64,000 bases of DNA, from the NCBI RefSeq assembly GCF_006345805.1, contig NC_042999.1:43648001-43712000 (forward strand). The letters run 5' to 3'. A model generated the notes under the pieces. It was not told where the DNA came from. It was given only the letters and a program-made list of their open reading frames with translations, and searched no databases. Position 1 is the stretch's first letter; each line of letters starts with the position of its first letter. Source of the stretch: Octopus sinensis. Its lineage: Eukaryota. A program made the translations under genes and the position numbers. Of this stretch, positions 35,601 to 48,059 are shown in pieces.

Positions 35601-38375
35601 TCATCATCATCATTTAACGTCCATTTTCCATGCTGGTATGGGTTGGACACTTCGACTGGGCTCTGTGAAGCCAGGAGGCTGCACCAGGCTCCAATCTGAT
35701 CTGGCAGTGTTTCTACAGCTGGATGCCCTTCCAAATGCCAACTACTCCGAGAGTGTAGTGGGTGCTTTTTACATGCCACCAGCACAGGAACCAGTCGGGG
35801 CGAGGGGGCTGGCATTGACCACGTTTGGATGGTGCTTTTTATGTGCCACCAGCACGGGGAGCCAGTCAGGCAGTGCTGGCATCAGCCACAACTACAATTT
35901 CCATTTGATTGTGGTTTGATTTGATTTTGATGTTCACCCCCATTACAGCCTTGGTTACCAAGGTAGCAGAGGTTATTGACTACTTCCAGTTTCTCCCCCT
36001 GCATGTGATGGAATCTATTTTCTGAACATCTGTGGTTTACTGTCCCTGTGTATCTGCTGCACATAAAAGCTATCTTCCCAGTTAATCTTCCTTTGACGTT
36101 GTTGCACCTCTTATGCATCCATAGCTTACACTGGGTACATCTTATGGAGTTTCTTCCTAGACCTTTTCTACAGATCAAACAGGGCCATCTACCTGAAGGG
36201 TGTGTGATGCGTTCACCTTCCTACTTACTAGGACTTTGGTTTTTAAAACATTGACTCTAATGCCCTTCGATTCTAAACCTTGCTTTCACACCTGTAATCT
36301 CTTCTCTAGTTCTGGTAGTGATTCTGCTATGAGGGCCAGGTCATCATCATAGAGGAGTTCCCAGGGGCAACCTGTCTTGAATTCCTCTGTTATTACCTGG
36401 AGGACTATGATGAATAAGAGGAGGCTGAGGGCCGATCCTTGCTGGACCCCTACTTCTACCTGGAATTTTTCACTATACTCATTGCCAACCCTAACTTTAC
36501 TAATGACATCTCTGTATAGGGGCTGTACAGCCCTTATTAACCATTTGTCAATCCCTAGTTTCCACATCACCCATCAGATAAGGAATTGGAGGACCCTGCC
36601 AAAGGCTTTCTCCAAGTCAACAAAAGCCAAGTATAGGGGTTTATCTTTGGCTAGGTATTTCTCCTGCAGTTGCCATACCAGAAATACAGCATCAGTGGTG
36701 CTTTTACCTGGCACAAAACTGAACTGCATCTCATCTAAGCAGACTCTCTCCCGAATTAGATGGGCTATGACCCTCTCCATAACCTTCATCACCTGATCCT
36801 GCAGTATGATACCTCTGTAGTTATTTCTATCTAAAGTATCATTTTTACTCTTGTAGCAGTTGACTATTGTGTTGCTATGCCAGTTATTGGGTATGACTCC
36901 ATCATGAACTACCTGGTTTACAATACGGTTGACTAGGCCATAACCCACACCACCAGATATTTTAAGCATCTCAGCAGTGATTCCTGATGGGCCAGGGGCT
37001 TTTTCTGTCTTCATACCCTTAATTGCTTTATCTATCAGGGTGCTGTCTATTTGGATAGCTGGTCCCTCTACTTGGTCAACATTTGGCAGGCTCTCCTCCC
37101 ATTCATTCTCCATGTTCAGCAGTCTTTCATAATGGCTTCTCCAAGCCTCTTTTTTTTCAGAATCATTAAAAGCAAGTACACCATCATCCATGCGGATACG
37201 TTTCTCTCCTGTGTTAACATAATTTTCTCTCACACATTGTCTTGCAATCTAAAATACTTCAGTTCTTTTGTCCTCACGTCGCTGGACATTGGCAAACTTC
37301 TTATCTGCTTTTCCCTTTGCTATGTATACCTGTCGCCCAGCCTCCCTCCTGGCTATCTGGTACGGTTCTCTGCTACTCACACTCTTCCAAGCTTTCCAGG
37401 CCTGTTTCTTTGCTCTAATGGCTTTATCTACTGTATTATTCCACCACCATGTTACTCTAGGTCTGGAAGGGACTTTGCACCATCTGCAGACTTGGTCTGT
37501 GGTACTTAGTAAGCTGTCCTGGAGGAATTTCCAGCTACCCTTGTCCAAGGTCTGTAGCTCCTCTCTCTCATCAAATTTCTTGATAACGATGTCCCTAAAT
37601 TTCTGACCATGTGAAGGGTTCTTTAATTTCCAAATCCTTCTTTTCTGGATTGGTCTGCTTCTTGGCATCCTTCTGACCTTGAGTCCAAAGTCACTAAGGA
37701 CTAATCTATGCTGGGGGGTACATTCTTCATCCAGGAGGGTCTTTATATTTAAGAACAACCCTGTGTACTGCTGTCTGGTGAGGATGAAATTAATCTGGCT
37801 AGCAGAGTCACCTGATTGATATCAGGTGGCTGCCTGCTTCCTGAAGTTAGTGTTGCAGATTAAAAGGTTACATGCATCACAGAATTCCAGTAGCCTAGTT
37901 CCTTCTTCGTTTTGGGAACCAATACCATGGCTCCCATATACACCAGTGAAGATACCGGATTGCCATCCAGTATGACCATTAAAATCTCCAGCCGCTAAGA
38001 TGAGGTCATTGCCACTCATCTTTGAGGTAGCCTGTAGGAGGGTATCATAAAAATGGTCCTTCTGATCATTTGGTAGGTCTGCTTGTGGGGCGTAGGCAGA
38101 GGTAATTGTAGCTGTACTGTTCTGCAGGACTAGCCTGAGGTGAAGAACTCTATCGCATACCCTGACAACCTCTATGATCTTAGCCACCCATTTCTCCACG
38201 TTACCTTGCCAGAAGATTTTATACTTATGTGCCTTGCCTGTGAATCTCCTCTCCATCTTACCTCTTGTATGCAGCATACATTGACATGTCTCCTTTCAAA
38301 CATCTCTACAATCTCACTAGACCTACCTTTCAGTGTAACTACATTAACAGTGCCAACTCTGAAAACTGGAGAAGG
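35601..38375 (-). mobile_element. Older degraded RTE LINE (APE-RT) with a C-terminal deletion and a tail
   Basis: ORF fragments: AYAPQ, GDFNGH, NEEGTRLLEFC, APGPSGI, DLEKAF, QGSALS, YDDD. The (TCA)n tail lies at about 35601. Confidence 0.9.
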
Positions 38376-38689
38376 AATGTGGGGCAGGCTTGTGGAGGAG
38401 GGATGTTATTCAGCACCTGAAAAGAAGAAAGAGGTTTTGTGTTTGTTTGTTAGACATGCTTCACCTGTTCTCACTTCCGACCTGACTTCATTCAAACATT
38501 CAAGTGTGTTAAGATTGTTATCATCATCATCATCATCGTCATTTAGCGTCCGTTTTCCATGCTAGCATGGGTTGGACGGTTCAACTGGGGTCTGGGGAGC
38601 CCGAAGGCTGCACCAGGCCAGTCAGATCTGGCAGTGTTTCTACAGCTGGATGCCCTTCCTAACGCCAACCACTCCAAGAGTGTAGTGGG

Positions 38690-40927
38690 TGATTTTATGT
38701 GCCACCGACACAGGTGCCAGACGAGGCTGGCGAACGGCCACGCTCGGATGGTGTTTTTATGTGCCACCGACACAGGTGCCAGACGAGGCTGGCAGACGGC
38801 CACGCTCGGATGGTGTTTTTATGTGCCACCACCGACACAGGTGCCAGATGAGGCTGGCGGACGGCCACGATCGGATGGTGTTTGTTACGTCCCCAAAGCA
38901 CGGAGGCCAGTCTATGCGGTACTGGCTACGGCCACGTTCGGATGATTTTCTTGTGTGCCACCGGCACTGGTACCACAAAGATACAAATTCCATTGATGTT
39001 CATCTATTTTGATTGGTTTGATTTGATTTGATTTTCACTTGCCTCAACAGGTCTTCACAAGTGTCACAAGAAGGAAGGTATGCACAGGTGGACTGACTAC
39101 GTCCCAGGTAGGGGCCACGGGTTATGGCCTGACTAGTCTTGCCGGGTCTTCGGATGGTGTTTTTATGTGCCACCGACACAGGTGCCAGATGAGGCTGGCG
39201 AACAGCCACGATCGGATGGTGTTTGTTGCGTGCCCACAGCACGGAGGCCAGTCGATGCGGTACTGGCTACGGCCACGTTCGGATGGTTTTCTTGTGTGCC
39301 ACCGGCACTGGTACCACAAGATACAAATTCCATTGATGTTCATCTATTTTGATTTGATTTGATTTGATTTTCACTTGCCTCAACAGGTCTTCACAAGTGT
39401 CACAAGAAGGAAGGAGGTATGCACAGGTGGACTGACTACGTCCCAAGTAGGGGCCATGGGTTATGGCCTGACTGGTCTTGCCGGGTCTTCGGTTGGTGTT
39501 TTTATGTGCCACCAACACAGGTGCCAGATGAGGCTGGCGGACGGCCACGATCGGATGGTGTTTGTTATGTGCCCACATCACAGAGGCCAGTCGATGCGGT
39601 ACTGGCTACGGCCATGTTCGGATGGTTTTCTTGTGTGCCACCGGTACTGGTACCACAAAGATACAAATTCCATTGATGTTCATCTATTTTGATTTGGTTT
39701 GATTTGATTTGATTTGATTTGATTTTCACTTGCCTCAACAGGTCTACACAAGTGTCACACACTTGCCTCAACAGGTCTTCACAAGTGTCATAAGTAGGAA
39801 GGTATGCACAGGTGGACTGACTACGTCGCCGGGTCTTCGGATGGTGTTTTTATGTGCCACCGACACAGGTGCCAGATGAGGCTGGCGAACGGCCACGATC
39901 GGATGGTTTTCTTGTGTGCCACCGGTACTGGAACAACAAAGATACAAATTCCATTGATGTTCATCTATTTTGATTTGTTTTGATTTTCACTTGCCTCAAC
40001 AGGTCTTCACAAGTGTCACACGTGTCACACACTTGCCTCAACAGGTCTCCACAAGTGTCACACACTTGCCTCTGCCTCAACAGGTCTTCACAAGTGTCAC
40101 ACACTTGCCTCTGCCTCAACAGGTCTTCACAAGTGTCACACACTTGCCTCAACAGGTCTTCACAAGTGTCATAAGAGGGAAGGTATGCACAGGTGGACTG
40201 ACTACGTCGCCGGGTCTTCGGATGGTGTTTTTATGTGCCACCGACACAGGTGCCAGATGAGGCTGGCGAACGGTCACGATCAGATGGTGTTTGTTGTGCC
40301 CACAGCACGGAGGCCAGTCGATGCGGTACTGGCTACGGCCACGTTCGGATGGTTTTCTTGTGTGCCACCGGTACTGGAACCACAAAGATACAAATTCCAT
40401 TGATGTTCATCTATTTTGATTTGGTTTGATTTGATTTTCACTTGCCTCAACAGGTCTTCACAAGGGTCACACACTTGCCTCAACAGGTCTCCACAAGTGT
40501 CACACACTTGCCTCTGCCTCAACAGGTCTTCACAAGTGTCACACACTTGCCTCAACAGGTCTTCACAAGTGTCATAAGAGGGAAGGTATGCACAGGTGGA
40601 CTGACTACGTCGCCGGGTCTTCGGATGGTGTCTTTATGTGCCACCGACACAGGTGCCAGATGAGGCTGGCGAACGGCCACGATCGGATGGTGTTTGTTGT
40701 GCCCACAGCACGGAGGCCAGTCGATGCGGTACTGGCTACGGCCACATTTGGGTGGTTTTCTTGTGTGCCACCGGCACTGGTACCACAAAGAATACAATTC
40801 CACTGATGTTCATCTATTTTGATTTGTTTTGATTTGATTTTCACTTGCCTCAACAGGTCTTCAAGAAGGAAGGTATGCACAGGAGGACTGACTACGTCCC
40901 AGGTAGGGGCCACGGGTTATGGCCTGA
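38690..40927. repeat. Higher-order tandem array built from the RTE 3' UTR
   Basis: GCCGGGTCTTC recurs at about 39141, 39480, 39828, 40208, 40612 and 40937, with 62-bp and about 33-bp sub-repeats. Confidence 0.9.
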
Positions 40928-43896
40928 CTAGTCTTGCCGGGTCTTCTCACGCACAGCATACTTCCATAGGTCTCGGTCTCTAGACATTTCCTTAGTGAGA
41001 CCTAAAGTTCGAAGGTCGTGCTTCACCACCTCGTCCCAGGTTTTCTGGGTCTACCTCTTCCACAGGTTCCCTCAACTGCTAGGGTGTAGCACTTTTGCAC
41101 ACAACTATCTTCAGCCTTTCTCGTCACATGACCATACCAGCGCAGCCGTCTCTCTTGCACACCACAACTGACGCTTCTTAGGTTCAACTTTTCTCTCAAG
41201 GAACTTACACTCTGACGATTATGAACACTGACATTACACATCCATCGGAGCATACTGGCTTCATTTCTTGCGAGCTTACGCATATCCTCAGCAGTCACGG
41301 CCCATGTTTCACTACCATGTAGCATGGCTGTACGTACACATGCATCATACAGTCTGCCTTTTACTCTGAGCGAGAGGCCTTTTGTCACCAGCAGGGGTAA
41401 GAGCTCTCTAAACTTTGCCCAGGCTATTCTTACTCTAGCAGTTACACTTTCAGCACACACCCACCCCCGCTACTACTTGGTCTCCTAGGTAGCGGAAGCT
41501 ATCAACTACTTCTAGTTTGTCTCCCTGGAACGTGGCAGAAGTTGGTCTCTGCACATTTCCAGTGTTTATTGCTCCTGAGCATTTGCCACAGACAAAAACT
41601 ATTTTCCTAGTTAGCCTTCCTTTGACATTGCTGCACCTCTTATGTGTCCATAGCTTACACTTGGTGCATCTTATAGAGTTTCTACCTACACCTTTTTTAC
41701 AGATCGAGCAGGGCCATCTACCTGAAGGCGTTTGTGATTGATCTACCTTCCTACTTATTAGGACTTTGGTTTTGGCTAGGTTGATTCTAAGGCCCTTCGA
41801 TTCTAATCCTTGTTTCCACACCTGAAACTTCTCCTCCAGTTCTGATAGTGACTCAGCAATTAGAGCAAGGTCATCAGCATAGAGGAGCTCCCAGGGGCAA
41901 CCTGTCTTGAATTCCTCCGTTATTGCCTGGAGGACTATGATAAATAGGAGGGGACTGAGGACTGAACCTTGGTGGACCCCAACCTCTACCCGGAATTCTT
42001 CACTGTACTCGTTGCCAACCCTCACCTTACTAGCAGCGTCTCTGTACATAGCTTGCACAGCTCTCACCAACCATTCTTCTATCCCTAGTTTCCTCATTGA
42101 CCACCAGATAAGGGATCGGGGGACCCTGTCAAAGGCTTTCTCCAAGTCAACAAAAGCCAGGTACAAGGGCTTATCTTTGGCTAGGTATTTCTCCTGCAGC
42201 TGTCTTACCAGGAATATAGCATCAGTAGTACTTTTCCCTGGCACGAACCCAAACTGCATATCATCTAAGCTAACTCTCTCTCTAATTAGTTGGGCTATAA
42301 CCCTCTCCGTAACCTTCATTACCTGATCCAGCAGCTTGATGCCCCTGCAGTTATTTGTTCTAGGGCGTCGCCTTTACCTTTGTAGCAGTTGACTATTATG
42401 CTGCTACACCAGTCATTGGGTATGACCCCCTCGTGTATCACCTGGTTAACTATACGGGTGACTAAGCTATAGCCGACACCACCAGATATTTTGAGCATCT
42501 CTGCAGTAATTCCTGATGGGCCTGGGGCTTTCCCTGTTTTCATGCTTCTAATTGCCTTATCTACTAAGGAACTGTTAACTCGGATTGCTGGTCCCTCTGT
42601 TGGGTCGACATTCGGCAGACTCTCTTTATCCCATTCATTTTCTTCATTCAGCAACCTATCATAGTGGCATCTCCAAGCCTCTCTCTTTGCATCCTCATTA
42701 AGCGCAAGTGAACCGTCATCCTTGCGAACACATTTCTCTCCTACCACGTCACGATTCTCTCTCACACACTGTCTTGCAACACGAAATACCTCAAGTCTTT
42801 CATCCTCACGACGCAGGACATTGGCAAATTTTTCCTTATCTGCCTCCCCTCTGGCTAGATAGACCTGTCTCCTGGCTTCCCTTCTGGCAGACTGATACAC
42901 TTCCCTGCTACCACCGTTCTTCCAGGCCTTCCAAGCCTGTTTCTTTTGTCTAATAGCCCTGTCAACAATATTGTTCCACCACCACGTTATTTTGGGTCTT
43001 AAGGGGACTTTGCACCAGCCACAGATCTGGTCAGCGGCTTTCAGCAGGTTGTCCCTCAGAAGCGTCCAGTTGTCTTCTACCCCATGCGTAGCTATACTCC
43101 CTTCCATTTCGTCTAAGGCTTCAAATAACATATCTCTAAATCTCTGTCCATTCGCAGGGTCTTTAAGCTTCCAGACCCTTCTTCTCCATGTTGGTCGTCT
43201 TCTAGTCGCCCTCTTAGTCCTGATCCTAAAGTCACTAACTACCAGTCTATGTTGTGGGGTGCATTCTTCACCTGGGAAGGTTTTGGCATTTATAAGCAGC
43301 CATCTTTCCCTTTTTCTGGCAAGGATGTAGTTGATTTGGCTAGTATGCCGGCCCGATCGGTAGGTGACCAGGTGGCTTGTCGGTTTCCTGAAGTTAGTGT
43401 TGCAAATCATAAGACTATTCGCATCGCAGAACTCCAGCAGCCTGGTTCCCTCCTCGTTGCGGGAACCATAACCGTAGCCTCCATGCACGCCATGGAAGCC
43501 CCCAGCACATCGTCCAACATGCCCATTGAAGTCACCAGCCACAAAGAGAAGGTCCCTGTCGTTCGTCAATGATGTGGTCTGCAGTAGGGTGTCATAGAAA
43601 CAGTCTTTCTGTCCATCAGGTAGCCCTGGCTGAGGGGCATAGGCCGATATAATAGTTGCTAAACTATGGTGGAGCACTAATCTAATCTTAATTATTCTGT
43701 CACTTACTCTGACTACCTCGATTACCTTATCTACCCATTTTTCGGCGATAAGCATGCCCACACCCCCGACTCCGTCAGTATTCCCAGCCCAGAAAATCTT
43801 GTACCTCTGTCCTTTGCCTGTGAGGAACCTAGCAGAACCTCCTCTCCACCTCACTTCTTGAATGCAGCATATATCAACCCACCTCCGTTCAAGCAA
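40928..43896 (-). pseudogene. RTE APE-endonuclease/reverse-transcriptase ORF broken by frameshifts, with a PHD finger inside RT
   Basis: ORFs 42319-43896, 41450-42319 and 41023-41460. Motifs: CIQEVRW, GDFNGHVG, DLEKAFDRV, HQGSVLSP, YADD, YLG, RLRWYGHV. Confidence 0.92.
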
Positions 43897-44129
43897 TTCA
43901 ACTATCTCACCAGATCATATATATATATGAATATATGCATATATGAATGTGTTTGTGTGTGTGTGTATGTGTAATATAAATTATTAAAACTTTTTAAGTT
44001 ACAAAACAATTTGTCATGGTATTAGCAAGTTCTTGTTGTTAAATAAGATTTCATCAAACTATTTCTCGGTCATATATACGGTCACACACGCACACATATA
44101 TATTTATATATGTATTTATATATCAAGGA

Positions 44130-45058
44130 GTCTCTCCAGGTCAAGGCTCTACTTCTCTGCTTTGGGAAGGCACACACCAATACCATGGACATCTTATTGA
44201 GTTTCTACGTATGCCTTTTCTACAGATCGAGCGGGGCCATCTACCTGAAAGGATTTATGATTTGTCTGCCTTCCTACTTACTAAGACGTTGGTTAACTCT
44301 AGGTTAACTCTAAGCCCCTTCAATTCTAGACCTTGTTTCCACACCTGAAACTTTTTCTCTACTTCTGGTAGTGACTCAGCTATTAGAGCAAGATCATCTG
44401 CATAGAGGAGCTCCCATGGGTAACCTGTCTGAAATTCCTTTGTTATTGCCTATGATGAATAAGAGGGGCCTGAGAACTGGTCCTTAGTGAACCCCTACTT
44501 CTACCTGGAATTCTTTGCTATACTTGTTGCCAACCCTCCCATTATTGACAGCATCCCTGTACATGGCTTGTGCAGCTCTCACCAACTACTCATCTATCCC
44601 TAGTTTCCACATTGACCACCAGATAAAGGATTGGGAAACCCTGTCAAAGGCTTTCTCCATGTCAACAAAAGCCAAGTACATAGGTTTATCTTTGGTTCGG
44701 AATTTCTCCTGCAGCTGTTTTACCAGAAATATAGTATCAATAGTGCTTCTCCTGGCAGAAATCCCAACTGCATCTCATCTAAAGTAACTCTCTCTCTAAT
44801 TAGTTGGGCTATGACCTTCTCCATGACTTTCATCACATTGATCCAACGATTTGATGCCTCTGTAACTATTTCTGCCTAAGGTGTCACCATTACCTTTGAG
44901 GCAGTTGACTATGGTGCTGCTACACCAGTCATTGGGTATGACTTCATGTATCACCTAGTTAACTATACGGGTGACTAGACTATGGTCTAAACCGCCAGAT
45001 ATTTTAAGCATCTCAGCAGTAATTGCTAATGGGCTGGGGGCTTTCTCCGTCTTCATAC

Positions 45059-45062
<4 letters not shown>
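44130..45062 (-). mobile_element. Degraded RTE RT fragment
   Basis: Homologous to 41640-42550 (APSP, DMEKAF, YADD regions); bounded by (TA)n. Confidence 0.85.
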
Positions 45063-45092
<30 letters not shown>

Positions 45093-45435
45093 TTTAAATA
45101 TCATTGCAATACAATAGTATCACTTTCCAGGTAAATAAATCACTGTAAAGGTAGAATAATAAATAAGAAATAGTGGTACAATGAGGCACCTATGTTTGCT
45201 GAAAATAGAAGTCAATTACGATACGATGCTATGTAAAGTTTCACTGAAATGCATACTGGCAAAGAAGTATGTGGGTAGCAAACTTAAATTTTTGTTTTGC
45301 CTTTAGGAAGAACATTGGGAAATGGATAATCTAGGACCTGAATTTCAGACTTTCCAATATATGTTTATATTTCGTTTTTGGATTTGGTTTGCAAGATTCT
45401 TTATATGAGTTTGTGTGTTGAAGCATATTCTGTTG

Positions 45436-45603
45436 TGTCTGGGGAGAGTCATTTTCTTTTTGTGCTTTATTATGTAACACACTCACTGGTAAAATTTCTA
45501 CTTATTCCTTATTTTTATCTTCCTAAAATTTTCGTTGTGTCTTGCAACCTTTTCAATAGTCTTACATTATAAGGCACAAAAAGAAAATGACTCTCCCCAG
45601 ACA
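45436..45603. mobile_element. MITE-like inverted repeat, 42-bp arms
   Basis: TGTCTGGGGAGAGTCATTTTCTTTTTGTGCTTTATTATGTAA matches TTACATTATAAGGCACAAAAAGAAAATGACTCTCCCCAGACA with 2 mismatches. Confidence 0.8.
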
Positions 45604-45772
45604 TGACACAATATATGTTTGTTATCATAAATTTGATTAGTCCTCATCAGCTAGATTCACAGGAGAAAAAATTTTTAAATATTGCTACATTTTTGGCTGT
45701 ACACCTAGCTGTTAACAGAACCAAGATTAGTGAAAAAGTTTTCTATGAAAATTTTAAATATTATTGCAATTG

Positions 45773-46167
45773 TGTGGTAAGTAGCTTGCTAACCAACCAC
45801 ACGGTTCCGGGTTCAGTCCCACTGCATGGCATCTTGGGCAAGTATCTTCTGCTATAGCCTCGGGCCAACCAAAGCCCTGTGAGTGGATTTGGTAAACGGA
45901 AACTGAAAGAAGCCTTGTCGTATATATGTATATATATATGTATGTGTGTGTATATGATTGTGTGTCTGTGTTTGTCCCTCCAACATCGCTTGACAACCGA
46001 TGCTGGTGTGTTTACGTCCCCGTAACTTAGCGGTTCGGCAAAAGAGACCGATAGAATAAGTACTGGGCTTACAAAGAATAAGTCCCGGGGTCGATTTGCT
46101 CGACCAAAGGCGGTGCTCCAGCATGGCCGCAGTCAAATGACTGAAACAAGTAAAAAAAAAAAAAAAA
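45773..46167 (+). mobile_element. SINE family A (young)
   Basis: Consensus match; inserted into one copy of a local direct repeat. Confidence 0.9.
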
Positions 46168-46494
46168 GTATCACTTTCCAGCCAAATAAATCACCATAAA
46201 GGTAGAATAATAAATAAGAAATAGTGGTACAATGAGGCAACAATGTTTGCTGGAAATAGAAGTCAATAATGATACGGCGCTATGTAAAGCTTCACTGAAA
46301 TGTATACTGGCAAAGATGTACCATTATTTCTTATTCATATAAAGTTAAAAGAAGAAATGATACTGGAAACTGGTGCTGCTCTCTGGTATGCAAAAAGGCT
46401 GAAATACATCTAGCATTCTTGCTGGCCACTACTGAGCAATATACATACATACATGCACACACATTGCTATTAAGGAACATACACACATGCACAT

Positions 46495-46844
46495 ATCTCT
46501 CTCTATCCGCTCAGTCGAAGTCGACTCTCGGTCACTCGTTGGATCAGTGTCCTCCAGTCAGTTCTATCCTGGGCCATTTCCTTCAGTCTGGCCATGTCCA
46601 TTCCAGTATTACTCCTGATGGTGTCAAGCCAGTGGGTTCTTGGTTGGCCTCTTCCTCTCTTGCCACTGACCATTCCGAGCATGATGTCCTTCTCCAGGGA
46701 TTCTCTCCACATAATATGACCGAAATATGCCAATCTACGCTTGGTGATCCCAGCTTCTAACGACATTTTCGGCCTTATCTGCTTAAGAACTTCTCCATTG
46801 GTGAGCCTCGCTGTCCATGGAATCCGCAAAAGTCTTCTCCAACA

Positions 46845-46846
<2 letters not shown>
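46495..46846 (-). mobile_element. 3' fragment of a second, BovB-like RTE lineage
   Basis: WCWRRLLRIPWTAR.TN.EVL...YFGHIM.R.SLEK.IMLG...GKRGRG.PR.W.D. Flanked by a roughly 31-bp imperfect direct repeat. Confidence 0.85.
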
Positions 46847-46881
<35 letters not shown>

Positions 46882-47257
46882 CATTAAAGAACATACACAC
46901 ATCCCCATCATCATCTATTTTAATGTTCACTTTCCCATGCTGGTATGGATTAAATGGAGTTTATTCTTAATATGACAGATTATCTATTGTCAGATGCTCT
47001 TCCTGTCACCAACCCAGCATGTTTCTCAGAAAAGTGAAGGAGGAGGAGGATGTATGCAGTATGCACAGGTGAGGTAGTATTAAACTAAAATAGCTATTTA
47101 TGTATCATACTGAATGTATAAACACTGTTACTGTGGTATTCGTCCCGAGATAACGTTTCTCATGGATGTGGTGTGTTAAAAACACAATAAATATCAGATG
47201 AAAATTCATCTCAGTAGTAGCCAGTGAGAATGCCAGATGTATTTCAGCCTTTACAGG

Positions 47258-47258
<1 letters not shown>

Positions 47259-47293
<35 letters not shown>

Positions 47294-47442
47294 TTGTGTG
47301 AGTGTGTGTGTGTGTGTGTGTGCATGCATGTGGATAGATAGATAAATATTTAGATGGATAGATTGACATATACATTGACAGAGCTAAATAAATGTTTGTC
47401 TCTGTAACTTGTTTCATCTTCAAAATCGAAGCTCAACACATA

Positions 47443-47495
<53 letters not shown>

Positions 47496-47720
47496 GCATC
47501 TGCAAATACATACATACATATGCATGTGTGTAAGTATGTATGGGTGTGCATATGCATGCATATACATGTGTGTATATATATATACTTGTATATGTGTGTG
47601 TGTGTATATACATACATACTTTTGTATGTACAGATATGAACATATATATATATATATATATTTATATATGAGTATAAGTGGCATACATGCATACACACAC
47701 ACACAAAAGCCTGAATACAT
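47259..47720. repeat. (TA)n/(CA)n microsatellite cluster
   Basis: Direct inspection. Confidence 0.9.
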
Positions 47721-48059
47721 GCCTATATACATCTTCACATACATTTATGCAAAGAATACATCTACAACAACACACACATTTGTGTGCGACCAATCTCTTT
47801 GTGTTAAAGACATGCATGCAACAATGACTTATATATTCAGATCCACTCAATTATCCAAAAAGACAAACATATAATTACTCAGGGCAATTTCAGGCGCATA
47901 TAACTTGGCATACACCATAGCAGGGGAAGTAGAGACAAGCAGGGGTAGTAAGGGCAGTGGGTTGTTGCAGGGGTTGTCAGGTGATGCAGGGGCTCTCGCT
48001 ATGAGTCTTACAACTGCGTGAGGCTGGTTAATTATTATTTTAGGGCAATTAACCATTTC

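Larger units (their letters stand above)
38520..43915 (-). mobile_element. Young, nearly full-length RTE-clade LINE with an expanded 3' UTR
   Basis: APE endonuclease plus RT in three long ORF pieces, stop at 40928, (GAT)n tail at about 38520. Confidence 0.95.

Noticed and set aside
38690-40927. Repeat-spacer appearance suggesting a CRISPR array
   Set aside because: The inter-repeat segments are themselves repeated and derive from the RTE 3' UTR; eukaryotic context with no cas genes.
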